A stretch of DNA of 64,000 nucleotides from assembly GCA_963781585.1 (NCBI GenBank), contig CAWAGQ010000004.1:928001-992000 (forward strand), given 5' to 3'. The position numbers and the translations under genes were made by a program. Positions 1 to 10,654 of this stretch are shown piece by piece (within the stretch, counting starts at the first letter, position 1; the number at the start of each line of letters is the position of its first letter). The notes under the pieces were generated by a model. That model was not told where the DNA came from, did not search any database, and saw only the letters and a list, made by a program, of their open reading frames with translations. The stretch comes from an uncultured Gemmatimonadaceae bacterium (GTDB taxonomy: Bacteria; Gemmatimonadota; Gemmatimonadetes; Gemmatimonadales; Gemmatimonadaceae).

Positions 1-2970
1 GGCCTCCACCGCGATGCCGCGTCCGCGCAGATACCGGCGGGTGCCGTCGGTGGCATAGAGCGTGAATCCCATCTCCTGGAACCGTCGGGCGATCGGGGTC
101 ACCGTCGGCTTGTCGGGATCGTTCACGGTGATGAAAATCGCCCCCTCGAGCGGCAAGGCGTTGTCGGCCGCCAGCTGTGCCTTGGCGAAGGCGCTCCCGA
201 ACGAATCCGAGATGCCCATCACCTCGCCGGTGGAGCGCATCTCGGGCCCCAGCAGCGGATCGAACTCGCGGAACTTGGTAAACGGGAAGACCGCCTCCTT
301 GACCGACACATACGGCGGCACGATTTCCCGGGTGAAGCCAATCGCGTCGAGCGTCTCGCCGGCCATCACCCGTGCCGCCACCGAGGCGAGCGGCACGCCG
401 ATCGCCTTCGACACGAAAGGCACGGTGCGACTGGCGCGGGGGTTCACCTCGAGCACGTACACCACGCCGTGCTTGACCGCGAACTGCACGTTGATCAGCC
501 CGACCACCCCCAGCGCCTGGGCCAGCGCCACGGTGTGCGCCTTCATCGCGTCGATATGCCGTTCCTCGATCAGATACGGCGGGAGCACACAGGCCGAGTC
601 GCCGGAGTGGATGCCGGCATCCTCGATGTGCTGCATCACGCCGCCGATCACCACGCGCGTGCCGTCGGCGATCGCGTCCACGTCGGCCTCGAACGCATCC
701 TCGAGGAACCGGTCGATCAACACCGGACGCTCCTCGCTGACCCGCGCCGCCGTCTCGAAATATCCCCGCAGCGAGGGCTCGTCGTACACGATCTGCATCG
801 CCCGGCCGCCCAGGACGTAGGAGGGGCGCACCAGCACCGGGAAGCCGATGCGGTCGGCGACGGCCGCCGCCTCGTCCACGCTGAATGCGGTGCCGTTCTC
901 CGGCTGCCGGATTCCGAGGTCCCGCGCGATCTGCTCGAACCGCTTCCGATCCTCGGCGACGTCGATCGCATCGGGCGAGGTGCCGAGGACGCGAACCCCC
1001 GCCGCCTCCAGCGGCCGGGTGAGCTTGAGCGGCGTCTGACCGCCGAGCTGCACGATCACGCCGATCGGTTGCTCGCGATGCACGATCTCGAGCACGTCCT
1101 CGAGCGTCAGCGGCTCGAAGTACAGCTTGTCGGAAACATCGTAGTCGGTCGACACTGTTTCGGGATTCGAGTTGATCATGATCGCCTCAAATCCCTGCTC
1201 CCGCAGCGCCATCACGGCCCGCACGCAACAGTAGTCGAACTCCACTCCCTGGCCGATGCGGTTCGGGCCGCTGCCCAGAATGATGATCGAGCGGCGCTCC
1301 GTGCGCGGCGCCTCGCTCTCGTCGTCGTAGCTGCTGTAGAGGTACGGCGTCGAGGACGGGAATTCTCCGGCGCAGGTATCGACCATCTTGTAGGCAGGGC
1401 GCACGCCGAGGCCCCACCGCCGCTCGCGGGCCTCGTCCTCAGTCTCGCCGCGCAGTTCAGCCATCTGTCGGTCGGAGAATCCCATTCGCTTCATCTCGCG
1501 GACCTCTTCCTCTCCCACCGCGGCCAGCGCTGCATAGGACCGCTCGGCCTCCACCAGCTCGCCGAGCTGCTCGAGGAACCACGGGTCGATAGCGGTGAGC
1601 TCGTGCAGCTGCGCCGCCGGGACGCCGGCGAGGAGCGCGCGCTTGATCTGGAAGACGCGCTCGGGGGTCGGCTGTGCCAGGGCCCCGCGCAGCGATTCCA
1701 GGGAGTCGTCCGGGAGCCGGTCGTCCGCCGCACGTTCTCCCACGACCCAGCCGGCGCGCCCGATTTCGAGGGCGCGCAGGCCCTTCTGGAACGCCTCCTT
1801 GAACGTGCGCCCGATAGCCATCGACTCACCTACGGACTTCATCTGGGTGGTGAGATGCGGGCTCACATTGGTGAACTTCTCGAACGCGAACCGGGGACAC
1901 TTCACCACGACGTAATCCAGCACCGGCTCGAACGAGGCCGGTGTGGTCCGGGTGATGTCGTTCGGGATCTCGTCCAGACGCAGTCCCACCGCGAGCATCG
2001 CCCCGATACGGGCGATCGGAAACCCGGTGGCTTTCGACGCGAGAGCCGATGACCGCGACACCCGCGGATTCATCTCGATCACCACCATCTCGCCGTTCTG
2101 CGGGCTGATGGCGAACTGGATGTTGCAGCCGCCGGCCTCGACGCCAATTTCGCGGATCACCGCGCACGCGGCATCGCGCATGACCTGGTACTCGCGATCG
2201 GTCAGCGTCATCGCCGGCGCCACGGTAATGGAGTCGCCGGTATGGATACCCATGGCGTCGAGGTTCTCGATCGAGCAGACGATCACCACGTTGTCCGCGA
2301 AGTCCCGCATCACCTCCAGCTCGAACTCCTTCCAGCCGAGCAGGCTGCGCTCGATCAACACCTGACCGACGGGCGATTCGGCGAGTCCGCGGCGCACGAT
2401 CGTCTCGTACTCCTCGCGGTTATACGCCACGCCCCCTCCCGAACCGCCCAACGTATAGGACGGCCGGATGATCGCGGGGAAGCCCGTGAATTCGGTGATC
2501 TGTTGCGCGTCTTCCCACGACCGCGCGATCCGCCCCGCAGGGACGGCGAGGCCGATCCGCTGCATGGCGGTCGCGAATTCCTCGCGATCCTCGGCCAGCC
2601 TGATGGCGCGCGCCTTGGCGCCGATCAGCTCAACCCCGTAGCGCTCCAGCACCCCGCTCTCCGCCAGGCGCATCGCGACGTTGAGTCCGGTCTGCCCGCC
2701 CATGGTGGGGAGCAGCGCGTCCGGCCGCTCGCGTGCAATCACCAGTTCCACGTACTCCGGCGTGACCGGCTCCAGGTAGGTCCGGTCCGCGATCTCCGGA
2801 TCCGTCATGATCGTCGCCGGATTGGAGTTCACGAGAACGACCTCGTACCCGAGCTCGCGCAACGCTCGTGTGGCCTGGGTGCCCGAGTAGTCGAACTCCG
2901 CCGCCTGACCGATCACGATCGGTCCCGATCCGATCACCAGAATACGGTGGAGATCAGCGCGTTTGGGCAT
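1..2970 (-). CDS. carB: Carbamoyl-phosphate synthase large subunit (3' end runs off the window)
   Basis: Missing from the ORF track because it is truncated. The reverse complement from ATG at 2970 reads [33 protein letters not shown], the canonical CarB N-terminus; later segments read [16 protein letters not shown] and [10 protein letters not shown]. Confidence 0.97.
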   Translation of the reverse strand, partial: MPKRADLHRILVIGSGPIVIGQAAEFDYSGTQATRALRELGYEVVLVNSNPATIMTDPEIADRTYLEPVTPEYVELVIARERPDALLPTMGGQTGLNVAMRLAESGVLERYGVELIGAKARAIRLAEDREEFATAMQRIGLAVPAGRIARSWEDAQQITEFTGFPAIIRPSYTLGGSGGGVAYNREEYETIVRRGLAESPVGQVLIERSLLGWKEFELEVMRDFADNVVIVCSIENLDAMGIHTGDSITVAPAMTLTDREYQVMRDAACAVIREIGVEAGGCNIQFAISPQNGEMVVIEMNPRVSRSSALASKATGFPIARIGAMLAVGLRLDEIPNDITRTTPASFEPVLDYVVVKCPRFAFEKFTNVSPHLTTQMKSVGESMAIGRTFKEAFQKGLRALEIGRAGWVVGERAADDRLPDDSLESLRGALAQPTPERVFQIKRALLAGVPAAQLHELTAIDPWFLEQLGELVEAERSYAALAAVGEEEVREMKRMGFSDRQMAELRGETEDEARERRWGLGVRPAYKMVDTCAGEFPSSTPYLYSSYDDESEAPRTERRSIIILGSGPNRIGQGVEFDYCCVRAVMALREQGFEAIMINSNPETVSTDYDVSDKLYFEPLTLEDVLEIVHREQPIGVIVQLGGQTPLKLTRPLEAAGVRVLGTSPDAIDVAEDRKRFEQIARDLGIRQPENGTAFSVDEAAAVADRIGFPVLVRPSYVLGGRAMQIVYDEPSLRGYFETAARVSEERPVLIDRFLEDAFEADVDAIADGTRVVIGGVMQHIEDAGIHSGDSACVLPPYLIEERHIDAMKAHTVALAQALGVVGLINVQFAVKHGVVYVLEVNPRASRTVPFVSKAIGVPLASVAARVMAGETLDAIGFTREIVPPYVSVKEAVFPFTKFREFDPLLGPEMRSTGEVMGISDSFGSAFAKAQLAADNALPLEGAIFITVNDPDKPTVTPIARRFQEMGFTLYATDGTRRYLRGRGIAVEA

Positions 2971-3082
2971 GTCCGGTCGCGCACGAGGAATCGCACCGGG
3001 CGACACAGCGCGAACTGCGCGTGCGTTCTTCACACGCGCAGTCCTCCATGGCGGGTCGCCGTCGAAGGGCTGTCACAGGCAC

Positions 3083-4039
3083 TCAGGCGTCAAGGGTCTG
3101 CATGTCCGCGCTCACCATCATCGCGACAAGCTCCGCGAAAGATACCTTCGGAGTCCACCCAAGTCTCGTGCGCGCCCGGGAAGCGTCGGCCACGCGCGCC
3201 GGTGCCTCGCCGGACCGCACCAAGCGTTCGTCGACGGTGACGTGCTCGCGATAGTCGAGCCCCACGGCCCGGAATGCGGCCTCGCAGAACTCACGCACCG
3301 TGTGCCCCTCTCCGGTCCCGATCACGAAGTCCTCCGGCGGGTCGTGCTGCTGCATGAGGTGCATCGCGCGTACATGATCGCCCGTAAATCCCCAGTCGCG
3401 GGTCACGTCCAGGTTGCCGAGGGCGAGGGTGGTCTCGAGACCCCGGGCGATGCGCGCCGCGCCCCGCGTGATCTTGCGGCTTACGAATGAGGGGTCCCGA
3501 CGCGGACTCTCGTGGTTGAACAGGATGCCTGACGCGACGCGAAGCCCCTGCGAACGCCGGTACGCCCCGGCGAGGACATGTCCGTATTGTTTGGCGATGG
3601 CGTAGGGGGATGACGGCCCCAGGGGTGACACTTCGGAGAGCGGACGGTCGGAGTCCCCGAATATTTCGCAGGAGCTCGCCTGGAACACGCGCGCCCCGGA
3701 CGCGCCAAGGCGGACGGCCTCGAGGAGGCGGGCCACCCCCAGCGCATTGGTGTCACCGACCGCAACCACGTCCTGCCATGACCGCCCCACGTGCGACGAC
3801 CCGGCGAGATTGTAGACTTCGTCGGGCCGGACCTTCCGCACCACCCGGGACAGCCCGTCCGCGTCGAGGAGCGACGCCTGGTGCAGCGCTACGCTCGTAC
3901 GAAGGGATCCCGGGAGCCGGTCCGCGGCAGCTGCGACGTCCCGGCTGGTCCCGGCCACCTCGTACGCGAGGTGCAGGAGATGCTCGGCGAGATACGTGCC
4001 GTCCTGGCCCGAGATTCCGGTGATCAGGGCTGTCGGCAT
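3083..4039 (-). CDS. gmd: GDP-mannose 4,6-dehydratase family extended SDR
   Basis: LITGISGQDG nucleotide-binding motif, YAIAK (YxxxK), GILFNHESPRR and LGNLDVTRDWG motifs. Confidence 0.88.
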   Translation of the reverse strand: MPTALITGISGQDGTYLAEHLLHLAYEVAGTSRDVAAAADRLPGSLRTSVALHQASLLDADGLSRVVRKVRPDEVYNLAGSSHVGRSWQDVVAVGDTNALGVARLLEAVRLGASGARVFQASSCEIFGDSDRPLSEVSPLGPSSPYAIAKQYGHVLAGAYRRSQGLRVASGILFNHESPRRDPSFVSRKITRGAARIARGLETTLALGNLDVTRDWGFTGDHVRAMHLMQQHDPPEDFVIGTGEGHTVREFCEAAFRAVGLDYREHVTVDERLVRSGEAPARVADASRARTRLGWTPKVSFAELVAMMVSADMQTLDA

Positions 4040-4169
4040 CGGGCGCGACGGCCGGCGGTCGCTGGAGTGGCGATGTCAGAGATTACGCGGGAATCCATTG
4101 CGATGCGAGATGAGACGGCGCGGTGAGACTGGCGCCGGGTGCGCTCCGACGCGCTCCCGGGCCGATACG

Positions 4170-4197
4170 AAAAAGGGGAGCGCCTAACGCGCTCCCC
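4170..4197 (-). terminator. Intrinsic terminator after rpmB (end of the alpha operon)
   Basis: 9-bp stem GGGGAGCGC/GCGCTCCCC with a 5-nt loop (GTTAG on the minus strand), followed by TTTTT on the minus strand. Confidence 0.85.
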
Positions 4198-4222
4198 CGT
4201 GGCCGATTGCAGGCGCGACCGA

Positions 4223-4441
4223 TCACGCCACGCGGGGGGCGCGCGGCGCCCGCTGGACCTTTCCTCCGCGAAGACACCGGGTGCACACCCGTATCCTCGT
4301 CGCCTTGCCCTCGATCAGCACCCGCGCCACCTGCAGATTGGGCCGCCAGGTGCGTCGCGTCCGATTGTTCGCGTGGGAGACGTTGTTTCCGAAGGCAACA
4401 CCCTTCCCGCAATAGAAGCACCGGCTGCGATTGATGGCCAT
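4223..4441 (-). CDS. rpmB: 50S ribosomal protein L28 (Zn-ribbon form)
   Basis: RCFYCGKGVAFGNNVSHANNRTRRTWRPNLQ...VCTRCLR. Confidence 0.97.
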   Translation of the reverse strand: MAINRSRCFYCGKGVAFGNNVSHANNRTRRTWRPNLQVARVLIEGKATRIRVCTRCLRGGKVQRAPRAPRVA

Positions 4442-4444
4442 GCC

Positions 4445-4801
4445 TCATCCCTCCATGAGCTCGATCCGGGCCATCTCCGCGCCGTCGCCCTTGCGGTGGC
4501 CGATCTTCAGAATGCGTGTGTACCCGCCCGGCCGCTTCACGAACCGCGGTCCGAGTTCCTGGAAGAGGCGGTCCGCCGCGGCGCGCTTGTGGACGTGGCG
4601 TCCCGCCATCCGGCGGTCATGCAGCGTCCCGCTCCGCGCCTTCGTGATCAGTTTCTCCACGAACGGCCGCAGCTCCTTGGCCTTGGCTTCGGTGGTCTCG
4701 ATCGCGCCATGCTCGATGAGCGAGGTGGCGAGACTCCGCATCAGGGCCAGCTTCTGTTCGCTGGTGCGGCGGAGCTGACGCCCCGCCTTGCGATGCCTCA
4801 T
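4445..4801 (-). CDS. rplQ: 50S ribosomal protein L17
   Basis: MRHRKAGRQLRR...RPGGYTRILK...GDGAEMARIEL; directly follows rpoA. Confidence 0.98.
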   Translation of the reverse strand: MRHRKAGRQLRRTSEQKLALMRSLATSLIEHGAIETTEAKAKELRPFVEKLITKARSGTLHDRRMAGRHVHKRAAADRLFQELGPRFVKRPGGYTRILKIGHRKGDGAEMARIELMEG

Positions 4802-5877
4802 AACGGCAAATCCTCCTCGTCGTCCGGAGCGTTCTCCGCGGCGCGGCTGGCCGGTGTGCCGTAATCGAGGATCCGGACGCCTTCACCGTTCTCCTCGTAC
4901 CGCATCCCGAAGGCGAGCCCCTGCTTCTCGAGCAGCGCCGCGATCTCCTGCAGCGACTTCTTGCCGAAATTCTTCACCTGCAGGATCTGGCTCTCGGTCT
5001 GGCGGACCAGATCGCCCAGTGTGCGGATGTTCGAGTTCTTGAGCGAGTTCACCGAGCGAACGGACAGATCCAGATCGTCGATCGGTGTCTTGAAGAGTTG
5101 CGCCAGCCTGGCAGCGTCGCCGGTTGCCGCATCCCCACCCACGGTGACCGCGGCCGAGGTGCTGGATCCGAAGCCAGCGAAGTACTGGAAGTGCGTCTGC
5201 GCCAGGGCCGCGGCGTAGCTCACGGCCTCCTCGGCGGAAATCGTCCCGTTGGTCTCGACGGTGAGGGTGAGCCGGTCGTAGTCCGTGCGCTGGCCCACGC
5301 GGGTCTCAGCCACCGTGAAGTTGGCGCGGCGGACCGGATTGTAGATGGCGTCGATCCGCACCACGTCCACCGGCAGCGCCTTGTCGACCACATGCTGATC
5401 CGCATCGACGTAACCACGCCCCTTGTTCACATACAGCTCGACGTTGATGTCGCGATCGTCCTGGAAGGTGAACAGATGATGGCGCGGATCGAGGATGCGC
5501 GCCGACGAGCCCTCCTCGATATCACCGGCGGTGACCGCGCCGCCAGCCGACTTGTGGATGCGCAACACCGCATCCTCGACCCCATCGGAGAGCGCCAGAA
5601 CCAGCGTCTTGAGATTACCGATGATCTGATGGACGTCTTCCACGACTCCCGCAATGGTCTGATGTTCGTGAACCACCCCGTCGATGCGGAAACCCCAGAC
5701 CGCGGCGCCGCGCAGCGACGACAGCAGGACACGCCGCATGGCATTGCCCAGTGTGTGGCCGTACCCGCGCTCGAGCGGCTGGACGCGGAATTCCGCGACG
5801 TTCGGATTGTCATCGCGCTTGTGCACTTCGACAAGCTGCGGAAGAACGAGACCCTTCAGGTCGATCGCTTGTGGCAT
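4798..5877 (-). CDS. rpoA: RNA polymerase subunit alpha
   Basis: PLERGYGHTLGNAMRRVLLSSL, RVGQRTDYDRL and alpha-CTD LDLSVRSVNSLK...KNFGKKSL. Confidence 0.99.
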   Translation of the reverse strand: MPQAIDLKGLVLPQLVEVHKRDDNPNVAEFRVQPLERGYGHTLGNAMRRVLLSSLRGAAVWGFRIDGVVHEHQTIAGVVEDVHQIIGNLKTLVLALSDGVEDAVLRIHKSAGGAVTAGDIEEGSSARILDPRHHLFTFQDDRDINVELYVNKGRGYVDADQHVVDKALPVDVVRIDAIYNPVRRANFTVAETRVGQRTDYDRLTLTVETNGTISAEEAVSYAAALAQTHFQYFAGFGSSTSAAVTVGGDAATGDAARLAQLFKTPIDDLDLSVRSVNSLKNSNIRTLGDLVRQTESQILQVKNFGKKSLQEIAALLEKQGLAFGMRYEENGEGVRILDYGTPASRAAENAPDDEEDLPL

Positions 5878-6043
5878 TTGGAAATCACCTGTGCTCGGTC
5901 ATGCCGCGGCGGCGCCGCGGCAACGCCCCACCCCGCCCCTGACGCGCGGTGGGCTCGTACGGAAGTCAGGGTCCGGACCACCTGCAAACAGACCGGGGCG
6001 GAGATCGCCAAATCGGGGCGACCATCCGGCCCACAGTCTCCGA

Positions 6044-6676
6044 CTACTTCGAATAGAGCTCCACAACCAGCTGCTCCTGCGCGGCAATCGGGATGTGGGG
6101 ACGGGTGGGACGCTCCAGCATCCGGCCGCTGAACGTGTCGCGATCGACCGCGAGCCAGGAGGGCGACGCCCCGCGCGAGGCATGCTGCATCGCCTCGATG
6201 AGGAATCCGTTCTCCCGGGCATCCGCCTTGATCCGGATCTCCTCCCCCGGCACCACGGCATAACTCGGGATATCCACGCACCGACTGTTGATCTCCACGT
6301 GCCGATGCCGGATGAGTTGACGCGCCGCTTTGCGACTCGACGCGAACCCCAAGCGATACACCATGTTATCGAGTCTGCTCTCAAGTGCTGCGAGAAGGTT
6401 GTGTCCCGTCACGCCCGGCATTTTCGAGACGTGCTCGAACATATTCCGGAACTGACGCTCGCTGAGCCCGTAGATGCGCTTGATCTTCTGCTTTTCGCGC
6501 AGCTGCTTCGCGTACTCCGAGGCCTTTCGGCGACGGGCGGTCGATTGGCCGTGCTGGCCGGGGGCGTAGGGGCGGCGTTCCACCGGGCATTTCTCGGTGA
6601 AGCACTTGGTCCCCTTCAAGAACAGCTTGGTCCCCTCCCGGCGGCACTGGCGGCAACTGGGGCCGGTATATCGCAT
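6044..6676 (-). CDS. rpsD: 30S ribosomal protein S4
   Basis: MRYTGPSCRQCRREG...QLREKQK...LESRLDNMVYRLGF; start placed at the ATG at 6676. Confidence 0.98.
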   Translation of the reverse strand: MRYTGPSCRQCRREGTKLFLKGTKCFTEKCPVERRPYAPGQHGQSTARRRKASEYAKQLREKQKIKRIYGLSERQFRNMFEHVSKMPGVTGHNLLAALESRLDNMVYRLGFASSRKAARQLIRHRHVEINSRCVDIPSYAVVPGEEIRIKADARENGFLIEAMQHASRGASPSWLAVDRDTFSGRMLERPTRPHIPIAAQEQLVVELYSK

Positions 6677-6680
6677 CCGC

Positions 6681-7058
6681 CTACACCCTCCGCCGCTTCG
6701 GGGGACGGCAGCCATTGTGCGGGATCGGGGTGACGTCCTTGATGGACTTCACCTGAAGTCCCGCCGTGGCCAGCGCCTGAATCGCGGACTCGCGCCCGCT
6801 GCCGGGGCCCTGCACACGCACGTGCACGCGCCGCACGCCCAGCGACAGCGCCTCGCGCGCTGCCTGCTCGGCGGCCACCGTGGCCGCGAAGGGCGTCGAC
6901 TTCTTCGATCCCTTGAAGCCCGCCTTCCCCGATGAACCCCAGGCGACCGTATTCCCACTCATGTCCGTGATGGTCACCGTGGTGTTGTTGAACGTCGCGC
7001 TGATGTGCGCGATGCCTTCGGCCTCGATAACCCGTTTGCTCTTCTTGCCGGTTGCCAT
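6681..7058 (-). CDS. rpsK: 30S ribosomal protein S11
   Basis: ATFNNT...[13 protein letters not shown]...[18 protein letters not shown]; start ATG at 7058. Confidence 0.98.
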   Translation of the reverse strand: MATGKKSKRVIEAEGIAHISATFNNTTVTITDMSGNTVAWGSSGKAGFKGSKKSTPFAATVAAEQAAREALSLGVRRVHVRVQGPGSGRESAIQALATAGLQVKSIKDVTPIPHNGCRPPKRRRV

Positions 7059-7129
7059 GCGCTCGATGTCAGTGTGGTCTGCGGGGACGCCGCGCTGAGG
7101 CGGACCGCACACCCGCGGTTGGCTCTCGA

Positions 7130-7507
7130 CTACTTCGTCACCTTCTTCTTCCCTGCGATCGCGCGCCGCGGTCCCTTCTTGGTGCGCGCATTCGTGTGCG
7201 TCCGCTGACCGCGAACCGGCAGACCGCGCCGATGGCGAATCCCGCGATACGACCCGATGTCCATCAGGCGTTTGATATTCATCGCCACTTCGGTGCGCAG
7301 CGCGCCTTCCACGCGGTGATCCTTTTCGATCACCTGTCGCAGGCGGTTCACATCCGCGTCGGACAGATCGCGAATGCGGAGGTCGCTACTGACACCGGTC
7401 TTCTCGAGAATACGGCGTGCGGTGGCGCGTCCGATGCCGAAGATGTACGTGAGGCCGATCTCTACCTTTTTTTCACGCGGGAGATCGACGCCGGAAATAC
7501 GTGCCAT
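7130..7507 (-). CDS. rpsM: 30S ribosomal protein S13
   Basis: [10 protein letters not shown]...[26 protein letters not shown]. Confidence 0.99.
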   Translation of the reverse strand: MARISGVDLPREKKVEIGLTYIFGIGRATARRILEKTGVSSDLRIRDLSDADVNRLRQVIEKDHRVEGALRTEVAMNIKRLMDIGSYRGIRHRRGLPVRGQRTHTNARTKKGPRRAIAGKKKVTK

Positions 7508-7508
7508 G

Positions 7509-7625
7509 TCAGCCCTGCCGCTGCTTGTGCTTGGGGTTTCGCTTGCAGATGATGCGCGTCACGCCGTTGCGCTTGATGACGCGGCAGTGTTCGCAAATCG
7601 GTTGCACACTTGTACGAACCTTCAC
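7509..7625 (-). CDS. rpmJ: 50S ribosomal protein L36
   Basis: Below the ORF-track length cutoff. Hand translation from GTG at 7625 gives [38 protein letters not shown], with a GGAGAGG SD-like sequence upstream. Confidence 0.97.
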   Translation of the reverse strand: MKVRTSVQPICEHCRVIKRNGVTRIICKRNPKHKQRQG

Positions 7626-7670
7626 AGACCCTCTCCTTCCGCTCGACGGCGCAAATTGGCCAAGACGCTG

Positions 7671-7699
7671 AAGATACAGGGCTTGGCGCCCCTGTGCAA
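7671..7699 (-). promoter_or_regulatory. Sigma70-type promoter for the rpmJ-rpmB operon
   Basis: Minus strand TTGCAC-N17-TATCTT, with the -10 box about 45 nt upstream of the rpmJ start. Confidence 0.7.
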
Positions 7700-7728
7700 G
7701 AGACGCGCCTTCGCCGGGATCCCGGACC

Positions 7729-8448
7729 CTAGGCGCCGCCCGCAGCGGCAGCGCGACGGATCTCCGCGCGAACCCTCGTCATGGCGGCCGCGGGATCGGG
7801 TGCCCCGGTAACAGCCCGCCCGAGCACCAGGTATCGCGCTCCCCGAACGGCCGCATCGTACGGCGTCACCACCCGCTTCTGGTCGTGCGCCGCGCCCTCC
7901 GCAAAGCGGATCCCGGGGACCAGCAACGCCAGCCGGTCCCCAAACCTGTCGCGCAGCGGTTGGATCTCCTGCCCGCTGCACACGACGCCGTGCGCTCCGG
8001 CTGCCGCCGCGAGTTCTGCGAACCGCTCCACCTCGCGCGCCACGCGAGCCTCGGGCCGGGACCATGCTGCGGCCAACGCGCCATCGTCCATGGACGTGAG
8101 AACGGTGACCACCAGTACCCGGCACCGCGCTCCGGCGCCCTCGACAGCCGCCAGTACCATCTCATGCCCGCCGACGCCGTGTACGGTGATCATCGACGCG
8201 CCGATCGTCGCGCACGAGTCCGCCGCCGCGCGGACCGTATTCGGGATGTCGTGGAGCTTGAGATCGAGGAAGACCCCCTTGCCCTGTTCGCGCAGCGCGG
8301 CGACCGCACGAGGGCCCGCTGCCGTGAAGAGCTCACTGCCCACCTTGTAGAACTCGCACGCATCGCCCAGATGACGAACCATCTCCAGCGCTCGATCAAG
8401 GCCTGGCACATCCAGTGCAACGATGGGAGTCGTGCCTAGCCCTTCCAT
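7729..8448 (-). CDS. pyrF: Orotidine-5'-phosphate decarboxylase
   Basis: [29 protein letters not shown] and DQKRV motifs. Confidence 0.97.
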   Translation of the reverse strand: MEGLGTTPIVALDVPGLDRALEMVRHLGDACEFYKVGSELFTAAGPRAVAALREQGKGVFLDLKLHDIPNTVRAAADSCATIGASMITVHGVGGHEMVLAAVEGAGARCRVLVVTVLTSMDDGALAAAWSRPEARVAREVERFAELAAAAGAHGVVCSGQEIQPLRDRFGDRLALLVPGIRFAEGAAHDQKRVVTPYDAAVRGARYLVLGRAVTGAPDPAAAMTRVRAEIRRAAAAGGA

Positions 8449-9374
8449 TGCAATCCCCCGGTGAGGCTCGAGATGGCATCGACCCCGTGCACCTCACACC
8501 AGGACGCGAGGTCCGCGATGATCCGCTCGGGCAGGCGCGGGTTTCGCAGCGCTGCGGTGCCGATCGCCACGCATTTCGCCCCGGCGAGAATGTACTGCAG
8601 AACGTCCACGGCCGAGGCGATTCCGCCGACCCCGATGATCGGGGCGCCGGTCGCGCGGAAGACCTTCCACGTCGCCAGCACGCCCACCGGAAGGAGGGCT
8701 GGTCCGCTCGTACCGCCCGTGCCGAATCCCAGCGCAGGCTGCCGTCGCTCCACATCGATGAGCATTCCAGGAACGGTATTCACCACCGTGATTCCGTCGG
8801 CGCCGCTCTCGAGCGCTACGGAGGCGGTCGCCGCGATGTCCACCAGCGTTGGCGACAGCTTTACGAACAGGGGGAGCCGCGTCGCTCCGCGGGCCAGCCG
8901 GACCACCTGTTCCAGCGCACGCGGGTCGGCCCCGAATTCCAGCCCACCCGCCTTGACGTTCGGGCAGCTGACATTCAGCTCGAAGCCGTCCTTGCCAGGT
9001 ACGTCATCAAGGCGAGCAACCACATGGGCGAATTCCTCTGCGGTGTCGCCCACCACGTTCACCAGGACGCGTGCGCTCCCCGCGTGCGCGGCGAGCCACG
9101 GGAGGTGCGCGGCGCGAACTTCTTCCACGCCCGGATTTGCGAGTCCAACGGCGTTCAACATGCCGCCCGCGAATTCCATCACGCGAGGAGGAGGCGCACC
9201 GGCGCGCGGAGCGGGGCTCACGGCCTTCGTCACGAGGCCACCGAGCTTTTCGATCGCGCAGACGTCGGCGAGCTCGCGGCCGTATCCGGCCGTTCCGGAT
9301 GCCAGGAAAACCGGGTTCTGGACTTCGATGCCGGCCAGCGTGACTGTGAGTCGCTGCGGCATCGCGGGCGTCAC
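8436..9374 (-). CDS. pyrD: Dihydroorotate dehydrogenase, class 1 (1B-like catalytic subunit)
   Basis: LASGT, NAVGLANPG, ELNVSCPN, KLSP and GGTSG motifs; adjacent to pyrF. Confidence 0.93.
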   Translation of the reverse strand: MTPAMPQRLTVTLAGIEVQNPVFLASGTAGYGRELADVCAIEKLGGLVTKAVSPAPRAGAPPPRVMEFAGGMLNAVGLANPGVEEVRAAHLPWLAAHAGSARVLVNVVGDTAEEFAHVVARLDDVPGKDGFELNVSCPNVKAGGLEFGADPRALEQVVRLARGATRLPLFVKLSPTLVDIAATASVALESGADGITVVNTVPGMLIDVERRQPALGFGTGGTSGPALLPVGVLATWKVFRATGAPIIGVGGIASAVDVLQYILAGAKCVAIGTAALRNPRLPERIIADLASWCEVHGVDAISSLTGGLQWKG

Positions 9375-10654
9375 GGCTCTCCGGAGCCCGCGCTCTCGCG
9401 CCGCTGCTGGTAGTGCGAGACGTAGCGTTCGGTTGCGTCGGCGATGGCGCGCGCGAGCGTCTGCTGACCCGATGCGCTGGAGAGATAGCTGGCTTCGGTG
9501 GCGTTGGTCCCGAACCCGATCTCCACCAGCACGGCCGGCATGTGGGCCGTGACCAGCACCAGGAATCCGGCCTGTTTCACGCCACGATCCTGCCCCGACG
9601 GGTGGACCTGTCCCAATCCTTCCTGAATCGTGGCGGCCAGTCGGCTCGATTCGCGCAGGTTCTCATTCTGCTCCATGTCGGCGAGGAGATACGAGAGCGG
9701 GTCGCCTGGCTCGGCATCGACTCCAACATCGTACTTCGACGCCTCGTTTTCCATCTCCTGCACACGCTTCTCGTCCTCGGTCTTGGCCTCGGAGAGAAAA
9801 TACGTCTCGAACCCGCGTGCGGCGCGAGGATTCTGCCAGTGCAGGTTGGCGGCGTTCACATGTATCGAGACGAAGACATCGGCCGCCGCGCGGTTGGCGA
9901 TGCGTCCGCGGTCGGCGAGCGCAATCAGGGTGTCGGTCGTGCGGGTCATGATCACCTTGGCCCCGCGCGCCTGCAGCAGATCGCGCACTCGTCGCGCCAC
10001 CGCGAGCGTGATGTCCGCCTCGTAGACCTTGTGGCTGGCGCCAATCGGGCCGCTCATACCCCGATCCGGTCCGCCGTGGCCCGCGTCGACGACGATCACC
10101 GGTACTAGGTCGCGGGGGCGGCTGGGCGGCGGGGGCGCGCCGCGATTCGGTGGCGTCGCGTCGGCAGGCGGGCGCCCCTTCTCTGCGGAGGGAGCTGGGG
10201 CCACGGGGGCCGCGACCGCGGATGTCGCGCTCGGGACAGCGGGCGGGACGCGACCGGTACTCGACGCGAGCCTGGCGAGCTCCCGCCGACCGGCATCGTA
10301 TCGATAGCCGGCCGCGAACCGCGGTATGACGTCGGTCACCACCCGCAGAGCGAAATACAGTGTGCCATCGACAATGAGCGGAGCCGCCCCGACCGGCACC
10401 AGTTCCGTTCCGACCCGAACGGCCGGCAGATCCAGCGTGAGGTCGAACCGCGCGCCCCCAGCTTCGATCGTGTAGCGATCGCGGCTGACCCGCGTGAGGC
10501 GCGCGCCTAACGGCGGGAGGACCTGATCGCTGCGCACGATCGGGCCCGACCGCGTCACCACGACGGGCACCGATACGGACCGATCCCCCGCCCGCACCGT
10601 GAGCGCGGCGGCAGGGACGGCAGTCTGGAAAAACGTGAGCAGTGTGATGATCAT
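9371..10654 (-). CDS. N-acetylmuramoyl-L-alanine amidase (Amidase_3) with an N-terminal domain and Pro-rich linker
   Basis: VDAGHGG, VSIHVNA, RGFETY and PAVLVEIGF zinc-amidase motifs. Confidence 0.9.
   Translation of the reverse strand: MIITLLTFFQTAVPAAALTVRAGDRSVSVPVVVTRSGPIVRSDQVLPPLGARLTRVSRDRYTIEAGGARFDLTLDLPAVRVGTELVPVGAAPLIVDGTLYFALRVVTDVIPRFAAGYRYDAGRRELARLASSTGRVPPAVPSATSAVAAPVAPAPSAEKGRPPADATPPNRGAPPPPSRPRDLVPVIVVDAGHGGPDRGMSGPIGASHKVYEADITLAVARRVRDLLQARGAKVIMTRTTDTLIALADRGRIANRAAADVFVSIHVNAANLHWQNPRAARGFETYFLSEAKTEDEKRVQEMENEASKYDVGVDAEPGDPLSYLLADMEQNENLRESSRLAATIQEGLGQVHPSGQDRGVKQAGFLVLVTAHMPAVLVEIGFGTNATEASYLSSASGQQTLARAIADATERYVSHYQQRRESAGSGEP

Noticed and set aside
62..3240. 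Long plus-strand ORFs over carB (and similar antisense ORFs throughout the window)
   Set aside because: They are shadow ORFs from high-GC codon bias opposite well-supported genes and show no recognisable motifs.
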